Shown piece after piece: positions 44,903 to 55,521 of a DNA stretch of 64,000 bases. The notes under the pieces are model-generated. The model was not told where the DNA came from, searched no databases, and saw only the letters and a list, made by a program, of their open reading frames with translations. A program made the translations under genes and the position numbers. Each line of letters begins with the position of its first letter. Position 1 is the first letter of the stretch. The stretch is from an uncultured Puniceicoccaceae bacterium (GTDB taxonomy: Bacteria > Verrucomicrobiota > Verrucomicrobiia > Opitutales > Opitutaceae). Location of the stretch: contig CAWVWU010000001.1 of NCBI GenBank assembly GCA_963933925.1, positions 1,231 to 65,230 on the forward strand, read 5' to 3'.

Positions 44903-46406
44903 CTATAGGGCTCTTTTTGGGGCGGGGATTCGAATTTTTTGAGTGAGGTCGGTTCCCGGGCCGATTGAGGGCCAGGGGAGATCGCCCCAGAAGTCTGGTT
45001 TTTGGGTGAAATAGATGGAGGCTGGGAGGGGAGCCTCGTCGGTCGGATCTTTGTGGTCGGGCTTGGAGAGGGTTATGTTCTCTAGGAGGCTTGTGTGGTG
45101 AACGGTGATGTTGGGTTGGATCGTACCTTCTATGAGAACGTTTCCGATAATCCTCATATGGTGAGAATGGTCGCGAACTTTTATGTAGGTGAGGACTTGG
45201 TTGCGGAAGAAGGTGGTGTCAGGGCCAATGGGTCCCCAGTGGTCGGCGATGTCGATGTATTCGACGATGTTGCCCTCGAAGAGGTTTTGGTAGGGGTAGT
45301 GGCCGTGTAGGGATATATCGCAAATGAGGGGTTTGTCTAACGGGGTGCGACGACGGGTGTGGGAGTAGTTGTAGGCGAATACGTTTCCATTGGATCCTTT
45401 TTTTGCCATCATGGAGTGGCGAAGGTCGTGAAGGATGTTGTCGATGTAGAGGCAGTCGACCGCCATGTTTCCGGCAACCATTCCGTATCCGTTTCCGCCT
45501 GATCCGTAATTGAATCCGTGACTGACTTCGGTGCCTTGAACGGTGATGAATCGACTGTGGTTTACCCAAATATGACCGCGAGACGCCATGTATGATTTGC
45601 AGTCTTTTACCCACGAGTTTAGGGCATTTTCGAAACCAATGGCACTGTCTGTTGAAGGGTCGATGCGTTCAATACTGAGGTTTTCAACGCCTGCATTTTC
45701 CACGGGAGTGATCTTTCGGATACGTGGATTGAGTTCGAGATAGTAGTTGAGACGAAGAGGAGTATCTATGCTGATGCCTTCCTCGGTGATGTTGGTGATT
45801 GTGATGATCTGTGCGAGGGATTGTTGACCGTAGCTTTTGTTCCAGCGACTTTCTGTGTACATGAGGTGGGGATCGTTTTCTGAGAAAACTTCGATCATGT
45901 CGCCGATTTCGAGTCCCACTCTTTGGTCGGTTGCGAGGAGGGAGTCGCCTTTGTAGTGGATCTTAGAGAGAGGGCGACCAACGGCCTCCATTTGACCTTC
46001 GAATCTGATTGAGCCATGAGCGGGGCGTTCCGGCAGGGAATATTTCGTCGGGAAGGGTTAAGTTAAAACGAAGGTGGGTTCCTTGGGATCCTCTAAGAAC
46101 GGTACCACTCCTCATTTTAAGATGTTGAGTGAGTTCGTAGGTTCCTTCTGGGAGGAGTACGGCACCGGGAATCTTGATAGAATCGAGTGCGTCTTGGATG
46201 CAACCAGCGGGATCGTCGGATTTCGTGAGCTTTTCTTTCGAAATCGAAATCTGAGTCGCGACCGTGGGGATGCCTCCTCGAACGCCAGCGTCCCACTTCG
46301 GGAGGTCTTCAAATTTCCATGGTGGTGGAATTATCGGTGCTGCGATGGAACTTAGAGGGAGTGATCCGATGAGGAAGGATAGAGTCGCTAGAATTGAAAA
46401 ACGCAT
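44903..46406 (-). pseudogene. Secreted pectate-lyase-like beta-helix protein split by a +1 frameshift
   Basis: Signal peptide, DAGVRGGIP, IQDALD, LLPEGTY, VLRG in frame 1; continues HGSIRFEGQMEAV in another frame after the C4 run at 46022-46025. Confidence 0.7.
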
Positions 46407-46635
46407 AATTGACAAATTTGCGGTGAATTCGGCGTTTTTCAAGTCAGGTCGGCTCGAATATTGGGAGATGAGGACTTAGACGTATTTTTTAAATGAAGTG
46501 GAGGTGCTGTGGACTGTGTTCGGGTGTTGGTGCTTTCAATTTCATTACCTGGTTGCGAATGGTATGCGGATATTGCCGTGCTACCTCGTTTGGTTGTGGT
46601 GGGTGCCGACGTAGCGTCAGCGTTCCAGGGTGGGA

Positions 46636-49600
46636 CTATTTGATTTGGTAGACTTCGGCGAGTGCGATGCCTTCTCCGGATTTGTTTTGGACGATGACCG
46701 TGTAAAGTCCTTCGGGGAGTTGAACGAATAGTGCGGCGTCTTTTGATTCTTTTTGGAGTTCCATGGCTCCGACGTAGTCGGAGGAGACTTCGGCGAGGGA
46801 AGCAGAGTCACTCAGTTGCCAATCATCGTTGGTTCCTACGAGTTCGAAACCGCCTTCAGGCAACATCCGAAATACCGAGAGAATTGGGTCCTCGAGGTAT
46901 TCAATGACGCCATGCTCAGAAAGGGTAGGACCTACTGCACGAATTAGCAGTGTGGTGGGATCTGCACTTTCTAAGTAGAAGCCTGCAATGAGAGAACCTT
47001 CGTCGACTGAGCTCACATGTGCTCTGGTGGAGATGTTTAAGAGATTTTCTCCGTAGATTTCTGCGAGGGCGATATTTGAAGAGCTGCCCTCTGGGTAGGT
47101 GATCGCAGTGTATGCTCCCGGTGCCAAGGTAGTGAGTTCGGCGGCGTCCTTTGAGTTTTCATCCAGGTCGAAAGCTCCGCGTTCGAGGGAAGCGGCTTTT
47201 ATGGATCCTGCGTTTGGGCTTTCGTTCCAATTGTCATTTCCGATGATCATTGGATTTTCTGAGCTGGTATCCTCGTTGAATTGATAGAGTTCGAATCGAG
47301 GGTTTTCTTCGAAATTCGCGATGTTTTGGTTGGCTAGGCTAGGGCCGACGCTGCGGATTAGGATGTTTGAATCCTCGTCGCCGTCGATCACGAAGCCTGC
47401 GATAGTGAGGCGTTCGCCTTCGCCTAGTTTACTTCGGGAGGACAGATTGAGTAGGCCTCGTTCCGGCTTTAGATTGTTGGTCATCCGTTGGACTTTGAGG
47501 AAGGATTCGAGGCCGACGCGGGCACCGAGTTTGCGTCCGATGAAATCGTCTGCGGGGACGTGGATTCCGCCGTAGAGTCGAGACTCTCCTGCTTCGTCGG
47601 CAGCGTCGTAGTAAGTGGCCCATTGTAGGACGAGGTCTTCGCTGGGCCCCGCTTCGAATTCTAAAAATCCGTTTTTAGGGAATGTGTATTCGCCGAGTCC
47701 TCCCGGGAAGAAGGGGGATCCTGTGAGTAGGGTGAGGACTTCGGCCCCGGCACGGCTGAAGGTACTGTGTCCTGAAACGTATGCGGCAAATGCGGGTGTG
47801 ACGAAGGTGCTTCGCTGGTAGGGGAACCAATCGATTGCGAGAATCCAGTCGACGCCCCCGACTTGTGTGTAGTGGTCTTCTGGTTCGCCGGCCCACGATA
47901 GGATGGCGATTTCGCCAATATGGTCGGCGAGGTGATCATGTCTCCCTCCTGATGCGGCACTGTTATCCGTGATGACTTCGATTAGATTTTCAATGAGAGG
48001 TAGACCGTTTTCGCTGTATGAGGGGAGGGAGGAGTCTGTTGACTGTCCAAAGCCTCCCATGTAGCGGATCATTGATATTGGTCGGCTGTAGTCGTATTGG
48101 CGTTTTAATGTCCATGCGGCAACCGCACCATCGTGCATCGCTCCGTTGAGGGTGAGGTAGGCACGGATTTCCCATTCGAGAGGATTTATTTCGTCGCCTT
48201 GACCTGCGAAGCGGCGTTCGAAGTCGGGGTGTTCGGATATTTGATTTAGGAGGGTGTTCCAATGGCCTGGAGGCGTTTCGGAAGCTGGGCCGTCTGCCCA
48301 AAATTCTGCGAGGATGCGTCCGTAGTCCGCTCGCTTTACGCTATTCTCTGCGTAGGGCTGCATTGTCGTGGGATTGAAGGCACGTCCTTGTCCGTTGTTG
48401 GTGGCAAGGTCGTTGTTGAGATGAGCTCCGGGGGAGATGTCGATGTATTCACCATCTGACGGGTCGAGGGCAGCTGAGTAGCGGATGACCTCGACTACGG
48501 CATCTACGAATTCCTGATGAGTGTCGCCGCCGAACTGAGGGGGAGCACCCGGGTCGATCGCGATCGTATTTGAGGAGGTCTTGGAAATCGCGAAGGTGTC
48601 GACTTCTCTCCAGTTGACGCCGAGGAAGGTTTGAATGGATTCGCCTACTTGGATGCCGTTTTGAAGGACTAGGTATTCGAAGGCGAGAGGTTGCCAGCGA
48701 TTGAGATCGACCATGTCGGTACCGCTGAGTTCGAGGAGAAGTTCCTCGTTTATGGCTTCGTATCCGCTGGTGTCGGCATAGCCATTTTCTTCATTGGATC
48801 CGTCTTGGAGGGCGATTTCAAGGATGGTGGTACCGATGCGATTTCCGATCGCTTCCGCTGTATCTCCGATAATTCCTTGGTTTGTTGGATCGTATCCAAG
48901 CTGTTCCATCAGCCAGGTGAAGCCAAAGAGGGAGGAGTCCTTGCCGGGGCTATTTTTGTAGCGCTCGCTGAGTACGCGGAACGTAGCGTAGCTGATGACC
49001 TTTTTCTGGAATGCTTGGCGTTCTTGTTCGTCTGTCGGTACCTCGAACTCTTCTTTGACGAATGCCGGTTCGACCTCTAGCCATGCATTGTGTTCGCAGG
49101 CCCAATAGGCATCCCACATGGCAGCGGAGGTGTGGTAGAGGTTTCGGCTGTGGACGGTGGGATCTGGATAGTCTTTGCGGATTGCGTCGAGGAGAAAGTC
49201 GTTCCAGAGGCGGGCTACAGTGTGGCTTGATACGTCGAGACTGGTGGAGACGGTGGCTTCCGCTGAATAGGTGGTTCCTTTTGAATTGATGAATTTGGCA
49301 CGATAGCTTCCCGCGTCATATGGGGTTAGCTTTTTGATGTGAAAGGTTGCTCCCGTGGCTCCTGGGATTGGGACTCCGTCCTTTTCCCAGACGATTACCG
49401 GTGCGGGTTGTCCATTGCCTTCGGCAAAGAGATCGAGTCGATCACCGACTGAAAAGGATCCGCCGACAGGGGCGGTCGTGACTGTGGGTACGAATTGTTC
49501 GACGAATTGTTCGACGAGGTTCAGTACTTGGTTGGCTGCGGTGTCTGTGAGCGTTTGTACGACGCCTGAGGGCCATGTGACTTCGATGGTGTCCGCGACA

Positions 49601-51096
49601 GATGCGGTACCGAGTCCGAAATGGAGGTAGGGTTCGCGTTGGCCGATGTAGGCGTTGGTTGGGTTGTAGAGGTGGGTCTGCGTTTTGTCTCCGGTAGTGA
49701 GCTTTACGATGCAGCCGTATCCATCTCGGTTGGCAACTGTGCCTTGGAATGAGAGTCTGAGGTAGTTGTTTCCGTTTGTGGAGGCGTCACTTTGGTAGAG
49801 GATAGGGTGATCACCGGTGTTGGTGATAAAGAGGTCTTCGTCGCCATCCTTTTCATAGTCAAATACGACAATGGCTTTTCCTAGCTTTCTATCATTAATT
49901 CCTGAGCCGATTGTTTTGTTGATGAACGTTCCATCTGATTGCTTGACTAAGAGGGTTGTTGGATCGTCAACGGCATCAACATAAGGGTTGGTGTCGGGAT
50001 TTGTCCCCGCTGAGACAATCGATCCGTTTGTTACTATGAGGTCTGGATCTCCGTCGTTGTCGTATTCGAAAAACGAGGCACCCCAGCCCCAATCTGTACG
50101 TGCAACTCTAGCCTCTGTAGCTGATTCTCTGAATCGTCTGTTTCCTAGGTTTTTGTAGAGCTTGTTCCCGGTGTGAGTTCCATCGCGGACATTAGAGAAG
50201 CGGTCATAGATGGAGGTTATGAAAATATCCAGTTTGCCGTCTTGGTCGTAATCGACGATGGCTACACCCATCCCGTTTTCGTCTAATCCCATTCCTGAGG
50301 CGTCGGTGCTTTCGGTGAAGGTTCCGTTGCCATTGTTCCAGTACATCTGGCTGGTTCCGAAGTCTGAGACGAGTACCAGATCGGGCCATCCGTCACCATC
50401 AAGGTCTCCCCACCCACTAGAGAAACCAAAGTGCATGTTTCGACTTTTGGGTTGGGTTAGGCCTGCTTGTTCTGTCACGTTTTCGAAGTGGGCGGCTTGA
50501 TCCTCTCCTTTATTGTGCAAAAGCACGGAGTGCTTTACATTGTCAGCATTACTCGGAACTCCCCACTCGGAGACGTAGATGTCTAGGTAGCCATCGAGAT
50601 CAAAATCAACAACGCCCACGCTGAATCCACGGTGTGGCTCTAGGGTCGTTTCTATTGCAGCTCCCCGTGACAGGGCTTCTTCTGAAAAGACTCCCGCACC
50701 GTTGTTGATGAATAGATAGTAGCGGTTCCCTAATACGGGAATTATAAAAATGTCTTGGTCGCCGTCGTTGTCGAAGTCTCCTGTGCCGAATCCACCGACG
50801 TCTTGCACACTGCTGATTCCTCGAGTCGAGGCTTCTTCGCTGAAGGTGCCATCGCCTTGGTTTAAAAAGAGGAGGGGGGAGGCGTTGGCCCTTGCTGTTA
50901 GGATGTCTGTGTATCCATCTCCGTTTACATCGACAGCCGTCGCTCCCGCGTGCTTTGAGCTCTTAGATTCTGACTGTAAATGGTCTAGGCCGGATTCGAC
51001 AGTTATGTCGCTGAAATTGGCCAGAAGGTTGGATGGTATAAGCAGGCTGCTTGTAAGGAATAGATAAGTTGTTAGTTGAAGGAAAGGAGGGCGCAT
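46636..51096 (-). CDS. Secreted FG-GAP/CRTAC1 + ASPIC-UnbV + Ig-like + vanadium-dependent haloperoxidase + Opitutae-type C-terminal domain
   Basis: DVNGDG/DFDNDGD repeats; LHFGLG..IEVTWPSG; WEKDG..DAGSY; K....RP (WTLKRQYDYSRP), YVSGHS, SRLYGGIH; LLNLSSR/LLNISTR. Confidence 0.85.
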   Translation of the reverse strand: MRPPFLQLTTYLFLTSSLLIPSNLLANFSDITVESGLDHLQSESKSSKHAGATAVDVNGDGYTDILTARANASPLLFLNQGDGTFSEEASTRGISSVQDVGGFGTGDFDNDGDQDIFIIPVLGNRYYLFINNGAGVFSEEALSRGAAIETTLEPHRGFSVGVVDFDLDGYLDIYVSEWGVPSNADNVKHSVLLHNKGEDQAAHFENVTEQAGLTQPKSRNMHFGFSSGWGDLDGDGWPDLVLVSDFGTSQMYWNNGNGTFTESTDASGMGLDENGMGVAIVDYDQDGKLDIFITSIYDRFSNVRDGTHTGNKLYKNLGNRRFRESATEARVARTDWGWGASFFEYDNDGDPDLIVTNGSIVSAGTNPDTNPYVDAVDDPTTLLVKQSDGTFINKTIGSGINDRKLGKAIVVFDYEKDGDEDLFITNTGDHPILYQSDASTNGNNYLRLSFQGTVANRDGYGCIVKLTTGDKTQTHLYNPTNAYIGQREPYLHFGLGTASVADTIEVTWPSGVVQTLTDTAANQVLNLVEQFVEQFVPTVTTAPVGGSFSVGDRLDLFAEGNGQPAPVIVWEKDGVPIPGATGATFHIKKLTPYDAGSYRAKFINSKGTTYSAEATVSTSLDVSSHTVARLWNDFLLDAIRKDYPDPTVHSRNLYHTSAAMWDAYWACEHNAWLEVEPAFVKEEFEVPTDEQERQAFQKKVISYATFRVLSERYKNSPGKDSSLFGFTWLMEQLGYDPTNQGIIGDTAEAIGNRIGTTILEIALQDGSNEENGYADTSGYEAINEELLLELSGTDMVDLNRWQPLAFEYLVLQNGIQVGESIQTFLGVNWREVDTFAISKTSSNTIAIDPGAPPQFGGDTHQEFVDAVVEVIRYSAALDPSDGEYIDISPGAHLNNDLATNNGQGRAFNPTTMQPYAENSVKRADYGRILAEFWADGPASETPPGHWNTLLNQISEHPDFERRFAGQGDEINPLEWEIRAYLTLNGAMHDGAVAAWTLKRQYDYSRPISMIRYMGGFGQSTDSSLPSYSENGLPLIENLIEVITDNSAASGGRHDHLADHIGEIAILSWAGEPEDHYTQVGGVDWILAIDWFPYQRSTFVTPAFAAYVSGHSTFSRAGAEVLTLLTGSPFFPGGLGEYTFPKNGFLEFEAGPSEDLVLQWATYYDAADEAGESRLYGGIHVPADDFIGRKLGARVGLESFLKVQRMTNNLKPERGLLNLSSRSKLGEGERLTIAGFVIDGDEDSNILIRSVGPSLANQNIANFEENPRFELYQFNEDTSSENPMIIGNDNWNESPNAGSIKAASLERGAFDLDENSKDAAELTTLAPGAYTAITYPEGSSSNIALAEIYGENLLNISTRAHVSSVDEGSLIAGFYLESADPTTLLIRAVGPTLSEHGVIEYLEDPILSVFRMLPEGGFELVGTNDDWQLSDSASLAEVSSDYVGAMELQKESKDAALFVQLPEGLYTVIVQNKSGEGIALAEVYQIK

Positions 51097-51289
51097 TATC
51101 TATATTCTCGATGGATTTGAATCAGGAACGGCCTTACTTGGCGAAAGGGCCGGCAATCTGGATATACTTATTTAAGTTTTATAACCGCGAATAAATGCAA
51201 ATAGATGCGAATGTTTTCGGGTTATGAGGGGGTGGCTATCGTTATGCGATCAGAGTATCGGGAAGTTACTGCTTCTACGATAGAGGTTT

Positions 51290-51324
51290 AAAAAAAAGAA
51301 CGGCGCCCTTTTGAGGCGCCGTTC
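51290..51324 (-). terminator. Rho-independent terminator of the TBDR gene
   Basis: GAACGGCGCC-7 nt-GGCGCCGTTC hairpin with a U8 run on the minus strand. Confidence 0.9.
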
Positions 51325-51360
51325 AGGTTTAAAAAACAAACTATACTAAGCGCTCACGAA

Positions 51361-54300
51361 TTAGAATGAGAATGTATTTGCGAGTGTCCACGTTCTTTGT
51401 GGAGCAATACGAGATGTCGCAGCCGATCCGTCTACACTTACTGTAACAGGGATCAATTCTTCCTTAGCAGTTACGTTGCTAATGTTGAGCTGAATCTTCC
51501 AATCCACCTTGTCAGAAAGGTTGATTGTGTAGTTCGCCCAAAGGTCGAGAGCTGTCTCTGCGGGACCGTAATATGGCTTATTGATGTTGTACATTTCGTC
51601 TCCAATTTCGAGGCCAAATTCCTCGATAGCTTCGGCCGCGAGTGTTCCTTCGTATCCCACTGCTACCTTGTCTTGCCAGCGAATCGCTCCACCGACATTG
51701 AGACCTTTAAGACCCCCTTCATCGAAGCTGTAGTTGGTGATCAAGTTTGCTCTCCACTTACGGAGTTCCGGAACTCCAGCTCTGTTGATGAGAGCACTTG
51801 CAAGGTAGTTGGCGTAGAATTCCTGACCGTACTTGGCTTGAAGCGTTTCCCAGTTTGAGTTTTGGCCGTTGTACAACATTACTTGTCCGTAATCACCTTT
51901 ATACAGATCCCAACGTTCCTTTACATAACCCGCGTAAGAGCCTGCTATGTTGAAGCGTTGTGCGTCGACCTTTGCAGCGTTGAGCATGATGTTCCAGTTC
52001 TTTGTAGGTTGGTAGAAGAGTTCGTACTCTGTACCTTTGGAAATGAAGTCACTGGTAACCGAGAAGTTTGCAGGTTCGCCCTGCCATGCAGCTGCCTGAT
52101 CGGGCCCGCCCCAAGTATCATTACCTGTAAGATCATCAAAACGTTGATTCCAGAATTGCTCGATATCGGTGCTTGGTCGATTAGCTGGATCGAAGATGGT
52201 GGCAATTGCAGCTTCTTGTCGTGATAACGCAGCAGCTACTGTTTCGTCGGCGTTTGGCTCATATCGGAGAACTTCGATAGCTGGGTCGATATACGTATTT
52301 ACGTACTGCCCGCCTGTATCTGGATTTATACGAGCGACTTCCACACCATCCTCTGTATCGAAGATAGGACCAAGCGGATGATTTGGGTCTGTATCCATTG
52401 CGAAGTTTGCCTCGAAGCCATGAGTGCCATTTATCGTCTGTAAGGCACTCCAACGACCCACGCCTTCTCCAAATCCAATCATGTATGAATTGGCAATTGA
52501 AGAACCTGATAGCGTTGCGTTCTTAACGCTGGTTTCGTATCGATTGATCTTGAAGTGTAGCTTATCGTCGAGAGCTGAGATGGTTAGTCCGAATTCTTCA
52601 GTTTCTCCTGTTTGATTTGGAACAGCGACCCCATCGATACCGAGACGACTCGCATCTGGTCTGAAGTTTTCTGAATTAGCGTAGGACAAGCTCAACTGCG
52701 TTCCTCCGAGGGCTTCAGTTACAGATTCCGGTGCGTGAAACACTACACTGTAGGTGCTTGTGGTTTCGCTCACTGAATTGTAGGTTGCCCCATTGGAACT
52801 TGCTTCTGCTTGAGAAGCACTTCCTGGTAGATTCCATCCGCTTGCATAGGGAAGAACAGTACCTGACCCTGCCTCCGGACCTTCGGGAGCAGCACCCGCA
52901 TTGGATGAATCGACAGAGTCTTTACGTACCGCAACCATTGGGACAACGAGACCGTCGAACAACCAACTCTGCCATATGAGAGCTGTGGATTCGACTTCAT
53001 TTCTAGCCTTGTTTGCTCGTTTGTAAATGGAACCGATATCTCCGTTGTCGTAACTCGATACGGTGAAAGGAGTTACTACGCCACCGTCAGTGATGATGGT
53101 TTGTGGTTGGTCGCTCCTGTGCGGGACAAGGTTGTAGCTGATCGGCTGAATGTTTGCTCCAGCTGCAGAGCTCATTCCTGACAGATCGTCGCTTAAGTAG
53201 ACCAAGTTTGAAAGGTAACGCGCCGCTCCATCAATTGATCCGGCATTGATGCCATTGGAAACATTGCGGACCCACGTCGTATTGAGTCTGTCGATTTTTT
53301 GGCTAGAATAGAGACCGGTGAACAAGTGACGACCGAGGAATCCTAGAGAGTCACTATCTGAGTCTGCAAAGTCGTAGTCATAAAATCCGGTTACGCGGAA
53401 TGTATCTCGATCTGTTGCGTTATTTCTATTGTTTTGAGATTCGCCTCCAGCGATGGCTCTTCCAGCATTAGGATTAGCAGTTCCGTCTGGAAATACTGAT
53501 ACTATATCAACGGAAATTGCCTGTCCCCAGTTATCCATGATGTTTACTTGACCATCTTGGTATTCTTGGCTGTCGAAGCCCACTTCGAGACCGAGGGTAT
53601 CATCCATCCACATGTGGGAATAGGTGAGGTTGTAGGCTGTCCAATCTTGCCATTCTTTCTTGTTGGGACCATCGAGCATATGGTTGTAGAAGTCGAAGAT
53701 GGATGCGTCTGAAAGTGTTTTGCTCTTGTAGCCTCCAATTTTTGAGAAGGGGAGTCCTGCACTCGCTGCGGCATCAGTCGCGTCGTCAATACCGAGGTAA
53801 TTTTGACCATCTGCAACCGCCATCACGTATCTTGATGGTGTGCCTGATCCGTCATAGATTGCAATCGGACCGTTGAAGATACGACCGAGGGCCTCGTTTC
53901 CGATGTAATTGCTTCCTGGACGTTCAGAGGAGGCGTATTCGCCGATTTCCGTGGCAGTGAAAGTGTTCTTGTACAATTCACCATTCGCAGAGTCGAACCA
54001 AGGAGTGATACGGTCAATCGGCGGGATATTACGAGGGCGATTCGCCTCGATTTCACCATCTTCGAAGTTGGCCGTCAATTTACCGTGAGAACTATCTGTT
54101 TTCAGGAAGTCTGGTGTCCATTGAGCAGATAGGAAAAAGCGGCTGTTTTCTTCGTATGCTTCTTTTTGTTGAAAGCCTTTGTCTGATTCTAGGGCTGAGA
54201 AGCGAATTGCCAATTGGTCTTGAATTAAGACTTTGTTGTAGTCGAAGGTGCCACGCGTTGTTCCGTCATTTCCGAAATCAATCCCTGCAGTTCCTTGGTC

Positions 54301-54873
54301 TGTAAATATAGCTGTCTTGAGACCTGCATTGATAACACCTGCTGGGCTTCCTAATCCGAAGAGAATGGAGTTCGCACCACGATTAATATCGATGCGATTA
54401 ACGTTGAAGGAATCCCAAGGGATGTCCGTGGCGTAGAAATTACGTGCGCTATCGGCAGCGGCTAGACCACGTATGCGATTTGCATTACTTGGGTTTCTTC
54501 GTTGATCGTCGCCGTCAACACGACTTCCGTCGCCTCCACCTGCGAAGTTTCCTTGTGATCCTCCGACCTCGGTACCGAGTGTATAGAGGAGGAGAGACTC
54601 ATTGTCTGTGGCTCCCGTATCGTCGAGGAACTCTTCGGTTACGACCGAAATTGCTGATCCGATATCTTTCAAGTCAGTGCGAAGACGTGTACCAGCGAGA
54701 GTGCTGGTGGCACGATAGCCGACGTCTTGGCTTGAATCGACTTCGAAAGGAGAGAGCTGGAATACTTCAGAAGCATCCTCGCTGGCATTGTCCTGCGAAT
54801 ACGCGTAGGGTGCGATGAACGGTAAACCCAAGGCTAAGAAGCTGAGGTTCCGTTTGTTGATAACTTTTTTCAT
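51361..54873 (-). CDS. TonB-dependent receptor (Opitutae type)
   Basis: FQLSPFEV, GYRATSTLAGTRLRTDLKD, RIDINRGANSILFGLGSPAG, C-terminal NTFSF; ATG 54873 preferred. Confidence 0.92.
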   Translation of the reverse strand: MKKVINKRNLSFLALGLPFIAPYAYSQDNASEDASEVFQLSPFEVDSSQDVGYRATSTLAGTRLRTDLKDIGSAISVVTEEFLDDTGATDNESLLLYTLGTEVGGSQGNFAGGGDGSRVDGDDQRRNPSNANRIRGLAAADSARNFYATDIPWDSFNVNRIDINRGANSILFGLGSPAGVINAGLKTAIFTDQGTAGIDFGNDGTTRGTFDYNKVLIQDQLAIRFSALESDKGFQQKEAYEENSRFFLSAQWTPDFLKTDSSHGKLTANFEDGEIEANRPRNIPPIDRITPWFDSANGELYKNTFTATEIGEYASSERPGSNYIGNEALGRIFNGPIAIYDGSGTPSRYVMAVADGQNYLGIDDATDAAASAGLPFSKIGGYKSKTLSDASIFDFYNHMLDGPNKKEWQDWTAYNLTYSHMWMDDTLGLEVGFDSQEYQDGQVNIMDNWGQAISVDIVSVFPDGTANPNAGRAIAGGESQNNRNNATDRDTFRVTGFYDYDFADSDSDSLGFLGRHLFTGLYSSQKIDRLNTTWVRNVSNGINAGSIDGAARYLSNLVYLSDDLSGMSSAAGANIQPISYNLVPHRSDQPQTIITDGGVVTPFTVSSYDNGDIGSIYKRANKARNEVESTALIWQSWLFDGLVVPMVAVRKDSVDSSNAGAAPEGPEAGSGTVLPYASGWNLPGSASQAEASSNGATYNSVSETTSTYSVVFHAPESVTEALGGTQLSLSYANSENFRPDASRLGIDGVAVPNQTGETEEFGLTISALDDKLHFKINRYETSVKNATLSGSSIANSYMIGFGEGVGRWSALQTINGTHGFEANFAMDTDPNHPLGPIFDTEDGVEVARINPDTGGQYVNTYIDPAIEVLRYEPNADETVAAALSRQEAAIATIFDPANRPSTDIEQFWNQRFDDLTGNDTWGGPDQAAAWQGEPANFSVTSDFISKGTEYELFYQPTKNWNIMLNAAKVDAQRFNIAGSYAGYVKERWDLYKGDYGQVMLYNGQNSNWETLQAKYGQEFYANYLASALINRAGVPELRKWRANLITNYSFDEGGLKGLNVGGAIRWQDKVAVGYEGTLAAEAIEEFGLEIGDEMYNINKPYYGPAETALDLWANYTINLSDKVDWKIQLNISNVTAKEELIPVTVSVDGSAATSRIAPQRTWTLANTFSF

Positions 54874-55521
54874 AATGTATATATGTAGCAAGTTTAGGTT
54901 TTTAGGTTGGGGGGTTATTGGACTAGATATTTGATCTAGGAAATTGTGGAAAGAATCAGGGTACAGTTATCCTGTGCTGACTGTTTATTGGGGTTGTTTT
55001 GTAAGACGAAGGTCTCGTTAAGTTTTTTAAAAATAGGTAAAGTTGTAGTATTGATTGAACGTTATTGGATTGGTCTGTTCTCACAATTCGCTAATCATTC
55101 GTATATAAGAGTAACCTGTTTTAGAGGGGTAAAACTTTAAGAGTGGTTTTTGTAGGGGAAAACGAACTATAAAAAATGGGTTTAAGGCGACGGGGTTGAA
55201 CTCTTTGTAGGGCTGTTCTTGAGGTCTTGTGTCGGGATATTCCCTTGTGTGGCATTAGAGTAGGAGTGCTTTTACGATTTGGGAGTCGAATGTTAGTATA
55301 TGGGGTTCTGTGAATTGAATATATTGGGGCAATTGTGTTTGAAATGATTCAGGGAAGGTTTTGGGGCTTAAGAATATTATTGGGGCTTGTTGGTTGGTCT
55401 GTATTTCTAGAAGAGTAGCTTCTTGGTTATGCTGTTGTGGGCTCGTTTTACTACTGTTGGTGTAAGCTTTTATTTGTATGTAAAATCGTGATATATTTCT
55501 GATGAAATAAATGATTTTGTT

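Noticed and set aside
49490-49517. 12-nt tandem duplication (EQFVEQFV) in the haloperoxidase linker
   Set aside because: It is real but in-frame and in a linker; no functional implication is evident.
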